DNA of 34,558 bases from a virus (Duplodnaviria; Heunggongvirae; Uroviricota; Caudoviricetes; Peduoviridae), in IMG/VR virus record IMGVR_UViG_2585427767_000007. The stretch is one strand, 5' to 3'. Shown one piece after another: positions 26,817-34,558 of the stretch (position 1 is its first letter; each line of letters begins with the position of its first letter). Below the pieces are notes generated by a model that saw nothing but the letters and a program-made list of their open reading frames with translations, was not told the DNA's origin and searched no databases. A program made the translations under genes and the position numbers.

Positions 26817-28007
26817 ATGAGTGACTATCATCACGGCGTGCAGGTGCTGGAGATTAACGACGGCACCCGCGTCATTTCCACCGTATCCACGGCCATTGTC
26901 GGCATGGTCTGCACGGCCAGCGATGCGGATGCGGAAACCTTCCCCCTCAATAAACCGGTGCTGATTACCAATGTGCAGAGCGCAATTGCAAAGGCCGGTA
27001 AAACAGGCACGCTGGCGGCATCGTTGCAGGCCATCGCTGACCAGTCAAAACCGGTCACCGTTGTCGTGCGTGTGGAAGACGGCACCGGCGAAGACGAAGA
27101 AACGAAGCTCGCGCAGACCGTTTCCAATATCATCGGCACCACCGACGAAAACGGTCAGTACACCGGACTGAAAGCCCTGCTGGCGGCGGAGTCGGTAACC
27201 GGTGTTAAACCGCGTATTCTCGGCGTGCCGGGACTGGATACCAAAGAGGTGGCTGTTGCACTGGCATCTGTCTGTCAGAAGTTGCGCGCTTTCGGGTATA
27301 TCAGCGCATGGGGCTGTAAAACCATTTCCGAGGTGAAAGCCTACCGCCAGAATTTCAGCCAGCGTGAGCTGATGGTCATCTGGCCGGATTTCCTCGCATG
27401 GGATACGGTCACCAGTACCACCGCCACCGCGTATGCCACCGCCCGTGCACTGGGGCTGCGTGCCAAAATCGACCAGGAGCAGGGCTGGCATAAAACGCTG
27501 TCCAATGTCGGGGTGAACGGTGTTACCGGCATCAGCGCCTCTGTATTCTGGGATTTGCAGGAGTCCGGCACTGATGCTGACCTGCTGAACGAGGCAGGCG
27601 TCACAACGCTGGTTCGCCGCGACGGTTTCCGTTTCTGGGGTAACCGTACCTGCTCCGATGACCCACTTTTCCTCTTTGAAAACTACACCCGCACCGCGCA
27701 GGTGCTGGCCGACACGATGGCTGAGGCGCACATGTGGGCGGTGGACAAGCCCATCACCGCAACGCTGATTCGCGACATCGTTGACGGCATCAATGCCAAA
27801 TTCCGTGAGCTGAAAACAAACGGCTATATCGTGGATGCGACCTGCTGGTTCAGCGAAGAATCCAACGATGCGGAAACCCTCAAGGCCGGAAAACTGTATA
27901 TCGACTACGACTATACACCGGTGCCTCCTCTCGAAAACCTGACCCTGCGCCAGCGTATTACCGATAAATACCTGGCAAATCTGGTCACCTCGGTTAACAG
28001 CAATTAA
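26817..28007 (+). CDS. FI: Tail sheath protein gpFI
   Basis: 396 aa; size and position match P2 gpFI. Confidence 0.9.
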   Translation: MSDYHHGVQVLEINDGTRVISTVSTAIVGMVCTASDADAETFPLNKPVLITNVQSAIAKAGKTGTLAASLQAIADQSKPVTVVVRVEDGTGEDEETKLAQTVSNIIGTTDENGQYTGLKALLAAESVTGVKPRILGVPGLDTKEVAVALASVCQKLRAFGYISAWGCKTISEVKAYRQNFSQRELMVIWPDFLAWDTVTSTTATAYATARALGLRAKIDQEQGWHKTLSNVGVNGVTGISASVFWDLQESGTDADLLNEAGVTTLVRRDGFRFWGNRTCSDDPLFLFENYTRTAQVLADTMAEAHMWAVDKPITATLIRDIVDGINAKFRELKTNGYIVDATCWFSEESNDAETLKAGKLYIDYDYTPVPPLENLTLRQRITDKYLANLVTSVNSN

Positions 28008-28019
28008 GGAGCCTGACCG

Positions 28020-28538
28020 ATGGCAATGCCGCGCAAACTCAAGTTAATGAACGTCTTTCTGAACGGCTACAGCTATCAGGGCGTTGCAAAGTCCGTCACG
28101 CTGCCAAAACTGACCCGTAAGCTCGAAAACTATCGCGGTGCGGGGATGAACGGCAGCGCACCGGTAGATCTCGGCCTTGATGACGATGCGCTGTCAATGG
28201 AGTGGTCTCTCGGGGGCTTCCCGGATTCGGTTATCTGGGAGCTTTACGCCGCAACCGGTGTGGATGCCGTGCCGATTCGTTTTGCCGGTTCTTACCAGCG
28301 CGACGATACCGGCGAAACGGTGGCCGTCGAGGTGGTCATGCGTGGACGTCAGAAAGAAATCGACACCGGCGAGGGGAAACAGGGAGAAGACACCGAGTCG
28401 AAAATCTCCGTGGTCTGTACCTATTTCCGGCTGACGATGGACGGTAAGGAGTTGGTCGAAATCGACACCATCAACATGATTGAGAAGGTGAACGGCGTCG
28501 ACCGGCTGGAGCAACACCGCCGAAATATCGGCCTGTGA
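28020..28538 (+). CDS. FII: Tail tube protein gpFII
   Basis: 172 aa; size and position match P2 gpFII. Confidence 0.9.
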   Translation: MAMPRKLKLMNVFLNGYSYQGVAKSVTLPKLTRKLENYRGAGMNGSAPVDLGLDDDALSMEWSLGGFPDSVIWELYAATGVDAVPIRFAGSYQRDDTGETVAVEVVMRGRQKEIDTGEGKQGEDTESKISVVCTYFRLTMDGKELVEIDTINMIEKVNGVDRLEQHRRNIGL

Positions 28539-28594
28539 TTTTCATCCGGTCAGCCTGGCTGACCGGTTAACCCTGATTCAGAAGTGAGAAAACC

Positions 28595-28870
28595 ATGAAC
28601 AAAGAAAATGTGATTACCCTGGACAATCCGGTCAAGCGTGGTGAGCAGGTTATCGAACAGGTCACGCTGATGAAACCCAGTGCGGGGACGCTGCGCGGTG
28701 TCAGTCTGGCTGCGGTTGCAAACTCCGAAGTCGATGCACTGATTAAGGTACTGCCGCGCATGACGGCACCGATGCTGACCGAGCAGGAGGTCGCCGCGCT
28801 GGAACTGCCTGACCTTGTGGCGCTGGCCGGTAAGGTGGTCGGTTTTTTGTCGCCGAACTCGGTGCAGTAA
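28595..28870 (+). CDS. E: Tail assembly chaperone gpE
   Basis: 91 aa directly upstream of the tape-measure gene; matches P2 gpE. Confidence 0.8.
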   Translation: MNKENVITLDNPVKRGEQVIEQVTLMKPSAGTLRGVSLAAVANSEVDALIKVLPRMTAPMLTEQEVAALELPDLVALAGKVVGFLSPNSVQ

Positions 28871-29022
28871 CGTTTCCGAAAAATCTCTCGGTCGATGACC
28901 TGATGGCGGATGTGGCAGTGATATTTCACTGGCCGCCATCAGAACTGTATCCCATGAGCCTGACCGAACTCATCACATGGCGCGAAAAGGCACTCCGGCG
29001 AAGCGGAAACACGAATGAGTAA
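28595..29022 (+). CDS. gpE+E' fusion produced by programmed -1 ribosomal frameshift
   Basis: Slippery heptamer T_TTT_TTG at 28843-28849 near the 3' end of E. The -1 frame from 28849 is open for 57 codons to a TAA at 29020-29022, overlapping the T start; predicted fusion is about 141-142 aa, as remembered for P2 E+E'. Confidence 0.6.
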
Positions 29023-31462
29023 CAATGTAAAATTACAGGTATTGCTCAGGGCTGTTGACCAGGCATCCCGCCCGTTTAAATCCATCCGTACAGCGAGCAG
29101 GTCGCTGTCGGGGGATATCCGGGAAACACAAAAATCACTGCGCGAGCTGAACGGTCACGCATCCCGTATTGAGGGATTCCGCAAGACCAGTGCACAGCTC
29201 GCTGTGACTGGTCATGCACTTGAAAAGGCACGGCAGGAGGCCGAAGCCCTTGCCACACAGTTTAAAAATACCGAACGTCCAACCCGTGCTCAGGCGAAAG
29301 TGCTGGAATCCGCAAAGCGTGCGGCGGAGGACTTACAGGCGAAATATAACCGCCTGACGGATTCTGTTAAACGCCAGCAGCGGGAACTGGCCGCTGTGGG
29401 AATTAATACCCGCAATCTTGCACATGATGAGCAGGGGCTGAAAAACCGTATCAGTGAAACCACCGCACAACTTAACCGTCAGCGCGATGCACTGGCGCGT
29501 GTCAGTGCACAACAGGCAAAACTTAACGCAGTAAAACAGCGTTATCAGGCCGGAAAGGAACTGGCCGGAAATATGGCCTCAGTGGGCGCTGCCGGTGTGG
29601 GGATTGCTGCTGCGGGAACGATGGCCGGAGTTAAGCTGCTGATGCCCGGTTATGAGTTTGCGCAGAAAAACTCAGAATTGCAGGCCGTGCTCGGAGTGGC
29701 AAAAGACTCCGCCGAAATGGCCGCGCTCCGCAAGCAGGCGCGCCAGCTCGGCGATAATACCGCCGCCTCGGCGGATGATGCGGCCGGTGCGCAGATTATC
29801 ATTGCGAAAGCGGGTGGAGATGCTGCGGCTATTCAGGCGGCAACGCCGGTCACGCTGAATATGGCACTGGCGAATCAGCGGTCGATGGAAGAAAACGCGC
29901 AACTGTTACTGGGGACTAAGGCATCCTTTCAACTGTCAAATGATGATGTCAGCCATGTGGGCGACGTGTTGTCGGCAACGATGAATAAGTCGGCGGCTGA
30001 TTTTCAGGGACTCAGTGATGCACTGACTTACCTCGGGCCGGTTGCGAGGACGGCAGGTGTAAGTCTTGAGCAGGCAGCGGCCATGACAGGTGTGCTGCAT
30101 GACAATAACATCAGGGGGTCAATGGCGGGTACGGGTAGCAGTGCCGTTGTCACCCGATTACAGGCACCGACTGGAAAAGCATGGGATGCACTCAAAGAGC
30201 TTGGCGTTAAAACCTCGGACAAAAAGGGAAATATGCGTCCGTTGTTCACCATTCTGAAAGAGATTCAGGCCAGCTTTGATAAACACAAGCTGGGAACGTC
30301 TCAGAAGGGGGAATACCTTAAAACCATTTTTGGTGAGGAAGCCCTGAAATCAGCGAACGTTTTACTGGCAGCGGCAGCAAGCGGAAAACTGGATACGCTG
30401 ACCGCCACGCTGAAAGCCTCGGACGGTAAAACGGAAGAGCTGGTTAAAATCATGCAGGATAACCTCGGCGGTGACTTTAAGGAGTTTCAGTCCGCTTATG
30501 AGGCGGTGGGGACTGACCTGTTTGACCAGCAGGAAGGCACACTGCGTAAGCTCACGCAGACGGCCACAAAGTATGTGTTAAAACTCGACGGCTGGATACA
30601 GAAAAACAAATCACTGGCGTCAACCATTGGCCTCATTGCCGGTGGCGCACTGGCGCTGACTGGTGTCATCGGTGCCATTGGTCTTGTAGCCTGGCCGGTT
30701 ATCACCGGCATCAATGCCATTATCGCGGCAGCAGGCGCAATGGGGGCAATCTTCACGACGGTTGGTAGTGCCGTTATGACGGCCATCGGGGCGATTAGCT
30801 GGCCGGTTGTGGCTGTGGTGGCCGCCATTGTCGCCGGGGCGTTGCTTATCCGTAAATACTGGGAGCCTGTCAGCGCATTCTTCGGCGGTGTGGTTGAAGG
30901 GCTGAAAGCAGCATTTGCGCCGGTGGGGGAACTGTTCACGCCACTTAAGCCGGTGTTTGACTGGCTGGGTGAAAAGTTACAGGCCGCGTGGCAGTGGTTT
31001 AAAAACCTGATTGCCCCGGTTAAAGCCACCCAGGACACCCTGAACCGTTGCCGTGACACGGGCGTCATGTTCGGGCAGGCACTGGCTGACGCGCTGATGC
31101 TGCCGCTTAATGCGTTCAACAAACTGCGCAGCGGAATTGACTGGGTACTGGAAAAACTCGGTGTTATCAACAAAGAGTCAGACACACTTGACCAGACCGT
31201 CGCCAGAACTCAAGCCGCCACGTATGGCAGCGGTGGTTATATTCCGGCGACCAGCTCTTATGCAGGCTATCAGGCTTATCAGCCGGTTACGGCACCGGCT
31301 GGCCGCTCTTATGTGGACCAGAGTAAAAACGAATATCACATCAGCCTGACGGGTGGTACTGCGCCGGGGACACAGCTTGACCGCCAGTTACAGGATGCGC
31401 TCGAAAAATACGAGCGGGATAAACGTGCGCGCGCCCGTGCCAGCATGATGCATGACGGTTAA
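29015..31462 (+). CDS. T: Tail tape-measure protein gpT
   Basis: 815 aa, alanine/glycine-rich with hydrophobic central segment; size identical to remembered P2 gpT. Confidence 0.9.
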   Translation: MSNNVKLQVLLRAVDQASRPFKSIRTASRSLSGDIRETQKSLRELNGHASRIEGFRKTSAQLAVTGHALEKARQEAEALATQFKNTERPTRAQAKVLESAKRAAEDLQAKYNRLTDSVKRQQRELAAVGINTRNLAHDEQGLKNRISETTAQLNRQRDALARVSAQQAKLNAVKQRYQAGKELAGNMASVGAAGVGIAAAGTMAGVKLLMPGYEFAQKNSELQAVLGVAKDSAEMAALRKQARQLGDNTAASADDAAGAQIIIAKAGGDAAAIQAATPVTLNMALANQRSMEENAQLLLGTKASFQLSNDDVSHVGDVLSATMNKSAADFQGLSDALTYLGPVARTAGVSLEQAAAMTGVLHDNNIRGSMAGTGSSAVVTRLQAPTGKAWDALKELGVKTSDKKGNMRPLFTILKEIQASFDKHKLGTSQKGEYLKTIFGEEALKSANVLLAAAASGKLDTLTATLKASDGKTEELVKIMQDNLGGDFKEFQSAYEAVGTDLFDQQEGTLRKLTQTATKYVLKLDGWIQKNKSLASTIGLIAGGALALTGVIGAIGLVAWPVITGINAIIAAAGAMGAIFTTVGSAVMTAIGAISWPVVAVVAAIVAGALLIRKYWEPVSAFFGGVVEGLKAAFAPVGELFTPLKPVFDWLGEKLQAAWQWFKNLIAPVKATQDTLNRCRDTGVMFGQALADALMLPLNAFNKLRSGIDWVLEKLGVINKESDTLDQTVARTQAATYGSGGYIPATSSYAGYQAYQPVTAPAGRSYVDQSKNEYHISLTGGTAPGTQLDRQLQDALEKYERDKRARARASMMHDG

Positions 31463-31476
31463 GGAGGTGACGAAAA

Positions 31477-31956
31477 ATGATGCTCGCGTTAGGTATGTTT
31501 GTTTTTATGCGCCAGACGCTGCCACACCAGACCATGCAGCGTGAATCAGATTATCGCTGGCCGTCAAATTCCCGTATCGGTAAACGGGATGCCTACCAGT
31601 TTCTCGGCGTTGGCGAGGAAAACATCACGCTTGCCGGTGTGCTTTATCCCGAACTGACCGGCGGAAAGCTGACGATGACCACGCTCAGGCTGATGGCAGA
31701 GGAAGGCCGGGCGTGGCCGTTGCTGGATGGCACTGGCATGATTTACGGCATGTATGTCATCAGCAGGGTGAGTGAAACAGGGAGTATTTTCTTTGCAGAC
31801 GGCACACCCCGGAAAATTGATTTTACGCTGTCGCTCACCCGCGTTGATGAATCACTGGCCGCGCTTTATGGCGATATCGGTAAACAGACGGAATCGCTCA
31901 TCGGTAAAGCTGGCAGTATGGCGACCAGATTCACGGGTATGACGGGGGCGGCATAA
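31477..31956 (+). CDS. U: Tail protein gpU
   Basis: 159 aa, AAGGAGG Shine-Dalgarno upstream; matches P2 gpU. Confidence 0.85.
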   Translation: MMLALGMFVFMRQTLPHQTMQRESDYRWPSNSRIGKRDAYQFLGVGEENITLAGVLYPELTGGKLTMTTLRLMAEEGRAWPLLDGTGMIYGMYVISRVSETGSIFFADGTPRKIDFTLSLTRVDESLAALYGDIGKQTESLIGKAGSMATRFTGMTGAA

Positions 31957-33119
31957 TGCTGGATGCACTGACATTTGATGCAGGCAGTACGCTGACGCCG
32001 GATTACATGCTGATGCTCGACAGCAGGGATATTACCGGCAATATCAGCGACCGTCTGATGAGTATGACCCTGACGGATAACCGGGGCTTTGAGGCTGACC
32101 AGCTTGATATTGAACTGAACGATGCCGACGGGCAGGTCGGGCTGCCGGTTCGTGGCGCTGTCCTGACGGTGTATATCGGCTGGAAAGGTTTTGCCCTGGT
32201 ATGCAAAGGGAAATTCACCGTTGATGAGGTTGAACACCGGGGCGCGCCGGATGTGGTCACCATCCGCGCCCGGAGTGCAGATTTCCGCGGGACGCTCAAT
32301 TCCCGCCGGGAAGGCTCCTGGCATGACACCACGCTCGGTGCAATTGTTGAGGCGATAGCCTCCCGTAACAGGCTGGAAGCCAGTGTCGCTCCGTCACTGG
32401 CCGGAATTAAAATCCCGCACATCGACCAGTCGCAGGAGTCTGATGCGAAATTCCTGACCCGTCTTGCAGAACGCAACGGCGGTGAGGTGTCGGTAAAAAT
32501 GGGAAAACTGTTGTTTCTCAAAGCGGGGCAGGGGGTGACGGCCAGTGGTAAAAAAATCCCGCAGATTACCATCACCCGCAGTGACGGCGACCGCCATCAT
32601 TTTGCGATTGCTGACCGTGGAGCCTATACCGGCGTAACAGCAAAGTGGTTACACACCAAAGACCCGAAACCGCAAAAGCAGAAGGTAAAACTGAAACGCA
32701 AAAAGAAAGAAAAACACCTGCGCGCACTGGAGCACCCGAAAGCGAAACCGGTCAGGCAGAAGAAAGCGCCTAAAGTACCGGAAGCGCGCGAAGGTGAATA
32801 CATGGCCGGTGAGGCTGATAACGTTTTTGCCCTGACCACGGTATATGCCACGAAAGCGCAGGCCATGCGCGCCGCTCAGGCGAAGTGGGATAAACTGCAA
32901 CGGGGTGTTGCGGAGTTCTCCATCAGCCTGGCTACCGGTCGGGCAGATATTTACACGGAAACACCGGTTAAAGTGTCAGGCTTTAAGCGCGTCATAGACG
33001 AGCAGGACTGGACAATCACTAAGGTGACACATTTTCTGAATAATAGCGGCTTCACGACGTCCTTGGAGCTTGAGGTCAGGCTTTCTGATGTGGAGTACGA
33101 AACAGAAGATGATGAGTGA
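31956..33119 (+). CDS. D: Tail protein gpD
   Basis: 387 aa, start overlapping the U stop; matches P2 gpD. Confidence 0.85.
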   Translation: MLDALTFDAGSTLTPDYMLMLDSRDITGNISDRLMSMTLTDNRGFEADQLDIELNDADGQVGLPVRGAVLTVYIGWKGFALVCKGKFTVDEVEHRGAPDVVTIRARSADFRGTLNSRREGSWHDTTLGAIVEAIASRNRLEASVAPSLAGIKIPHIDQSQESDAKFLTRLAERNGGEVSVKMGKLLFLKAGQGVTASGKKIPQITITRSDGDRHHFAIADRGAYTGVTAKWLHTKDPKPQKQKVKLKRKKKEKHLRALEHPKAKPVRQKKAPKVPEAREGEYMAGEADNVFALTTVYATKAQAMRAAQAKWDKLQRGVAEFSISLATGRADIYTETPVKVSGFKRVIDEQDWTITKVTHFLNNSGFTTSLELEVRLSDVEYETEDDE

Positions 33120-33200
33120 TGCTTTTATTTTATCTGTTTGTTTTATAAGGATAAATTAACTAAAATGGCACCATCAACAAAACCGGAAGAGGTGCTCGCG

Positions 33201-33419
33201 ATGTTTCATTGTCCTTTATGCCAGCATGCCGCACATGCGCGTACAAGCCGCTATATCACTGACACGACAAAAGAGCGTTATCATCAGTGCCAGAACGTGA
33301 ATTGCAGTGCCACGTTCATCACTTATGAGTCGGTACAGCGATACATCGTGAAGCCGGGAGAAGTCCACGCCGTAAGGCCGCACCCGTTGCCGTCAGGGCA
33401 GCAAATTATGTGGATGTGA
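33201..33419 (+). CDS. ogr: Late-gene transcriptional activator Ogr (zinc-finger)
   Basis: ATG 33201 (MFHCPLCQHAAHAR...) gives 72 aa with CxxC...CxxxxC zinc-binding cysteines (CPLC...CQNVNC); matches remembered P2 Ogr. The track ORF from 33138 begins at a TTG. Confidence 0.85.
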   Translation: MFHCPLCQHAAHARTSRYITDTTKERYHQCQNVNCSATFITYESVQRYIVKPGEVHAVRPHPLPSGQQIMWM

Positions 33420-33429
33420 TCACAAAAAT

Positions 33430-33456
33430 AGCCCCTCAGTTGAGGGGCTTTATTTA
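33430..33456 (+). terminator. Rho-independent terminator after ogr
   Basis: AGCCCCTCA-gt-TGAGGGGCT hairpin followed by TTTATTT, 10 nt after the ogr stop. Confidence 0.65.
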
Positions 33457-33612
33457 TGGTCGATGTGGACGCTATGTGGACAGTGGTTGATATAAATCCA
33501 TTTATATCATCAGGTTAGGTGCTTTTTTGTGACACCATCCCTGTCTTCCCCCACATGATGTGGGGTTTTTTTTTATCCTCAATTTGCTTGCTGCTTAATG
33601 CATTGCAGATGA
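33457..33612. other. Putative attR region (phage arm plus core), boundaries not resolved
   Basis: Between ogr and host fieF. Contains direct repeat ATGTGGAC x2 (33462-33469, 33473-33480), palindrome GATATAAAT-cca-ATTTATATC (33489-33509), and hairpin CCCCACAT-gatg-TGGGG followed by T9 (about 33549-33575). attL is not in the window, so the core cannot be confirmed. Confidence 0.4.
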
Positions 33613-33655
33613 TTTGCTTCCGTTATACTACCGTCAGTTGATAGCGGGAGTATTT

Positions 33656-34558
33656 ATGAATCAATCTTATGGACGGCTGGTCAGTCGGGCGGCGATTGCT
33701 GCGACGGCGATGGCTTCGCTGCTATTGCTGATTAAAATTTTTGCATGGTGGTATACCGGGTCGGTGAGTATTCTCGCCGCGCTGGTGGATTCGCTGGTGG
33801 ATATCGGCGCGTCGTTGACGAATTTACTGGTGGTGCGATATTCCCTGCAACCTGCCGACGATAATCACTCGTTTGGTCACGGTAAAGCTGAGTCCCTCGC
33901 GGCGCTGGCGCAAAGTATGTTTATCTCCGGTTCGGCACTATTCCTGTTTTTGACGGGTATTCAACATCTGGTATCTCCAACACCGATGACAGATCCAGGC
34001 GTCGGGGTTATCGTGACAATTGTGGCGCTAATTTGTACGATTATCCTTGTCTCGTTTCAGCGTTGGGTGGTGCGCCGGACGCAAAGCCAGGCGGTGCGGG
34101 CTGATATGCTACATTACCAGTCTGATGTTATGATGAACGGTGCAATTCTGCTGGCGCTGGGGTTGTCCTGGTACGGCTGGCATCGCGCCGATGCTCTGTT
34201 TGCATTGGGAATCGGCATCTATATTTTATATAGCGCGTTACGCATGGGATATGAGGCGGTACAGTCATTACTGGATCGCGCATTGCCTGATGAAGAACGG
34301 CAAGAAATTATTGATATCGTGACTTCCTGGCCGGGTGTTAGCGGCGCTCACGATCTTCGCACGCGGCAGTCAGGGCCGACCCGCTTTATTCAGATTCATT
34401 TGGAAATGGAAGACTCTCTGCCTTTGGTTCAGGCACATATGGTGGCGGATCAGGTAGAGCAGGCTATTTTACGGCGTTTTCCGGGATCGGATGTGATTAT
34501 CCATCAGGACCCCTGTTCCGTCGTACCCAGGGAGGGTAAACGGTCTATGCTTTCATAA
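33656..34558 (+). CDS. fieF: Host cation-efflux transporter FieF (CDF family, ferrous iron/zinc)
   Basis: 300-aa protein from ATG 33656 (GGGAG Shine-Dalgarno) matches remembered E. coli FieF/YiiP ([36 protein letters not shown]...). Terminal TAA is the last codon of the window. Confidence 0.9.
   Translation: MNQSYGRLVSRAAIAATAMASLLLLIKIFAWWYTGSVSILAALVDSLVDIGASLTNLLVVRYSLQPADDNHSFGHGKAESLAALAQSMFISGSALFLFLTGIQHLVSPTPMTDPGVGVIVTIVALICTIILVSFQRWVVRRTQSQAVRADMLHYQSDVMMNGAILLALGLSWYGWHRADALFALGIGIYILYSALRMGYEAVQSLLDRALPDEERQEIIDIVTSWPGVSGAHDLRTRQSGPTRFIQIHLEMEDSLPLVQAHMVADQVEQAILRRFPGSDVIIHQDPCSVVPREGKRSMLS

Larger units (their letters stand above)
1..33612. mobile_element. P2-like temperate prophage, essentially complete from int to ogr/putative attR; attL is outside the window
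   Basis: Gene order matches the P2 prophage map (int-C-cox-B-A-cargo-cos-Q-P-O-N-M-L-X-Y-K-lysABC-R-S-V-W-J-I-H-G-moron-FI-FII-E/E'-T-U-D-ogr). Nearly all ORF lengths equal remembered P2 protein sizes. Host gene fieF follows the right end. Confidence 0.9.

Noticed and set aside
14041-32575. Antisense or alternate-frame ORFs inside the late structural genes (for example 14041-14499 -, 16710-17156 -, 19703-20251 -, 21458-22069 -, 21873-22502 -, 27045-27731 -, 30496-31185 -, 32003-32575 -)
   Set aside because: Each is embedded in a gene whose size and order match the P2 late operons; no independent start or motif support.
1-34558. Long N-terminal extensions in the ORF track (1011, 13538, 13616, 16455, 16955, 33138, 33614, 7279)
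   Set aside because: Several begin at TTG or other non-ATG codons or lack ribosome-binding sites. In-frame downstream ATG codons with Shine-Dalgarno sequences give products whose lengths match the P2 homologues, so the shorter starts were used.
1-34558. CRISPR arrays, tRNA or rRNA genes, IS elements or transposases
   Set aside because: I found no regularly spaced direct repeats, no tRNA-like cloverleaf candidates at the prophage ends, and no transposase-like ORF or terminal inverted repeats. The integration target appears to be intergenic or protein-gene-adjacent rather than a tRNA.

Overview
The window is almost entirely one P2-like (Peduovirus-type) prophage, about 33.5 kb, in canonical P2 prophage gene order, ending next to the host gene fieF. 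Left to right: integrase and C-type repressor (minus strand), early operator region, cox and the early/replication operon ending in the rolling-circle initiator gpA, a low-GC cargo island, the cos site, portal and large terminase (minus strand), then the late capsid, lysis, baseplate, tail-fibre and tail operons, ogr, a putative attR region and fieF. The most interesting part is the cargo island at the position of the P2 tin/old hotspot: a translationally coupled pair encoding a Dcm-type C5-cytosine methyltransferase and a 665-aa GHKL-type ATPase with a C-terminal nuclease-like motif, which I propose as a candidate uncharacterised restriction-modification-like or defence module. A second AT-rich moron sits at the Z/fun locus between tail-fibre assembly gene G and sheath gene FI, followed by a G/C hairpin and a T21 homopolymer. 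All calls rest on reading the sequence and on remembered P2 gene order and protein sizes; no database search was run. The ORF track reports non-ATG starts as M, so several starts were re-set to in-frame ATG codons with Shine-Dalgarno support. attL lies outside the window, so the att core cannot be defined here.
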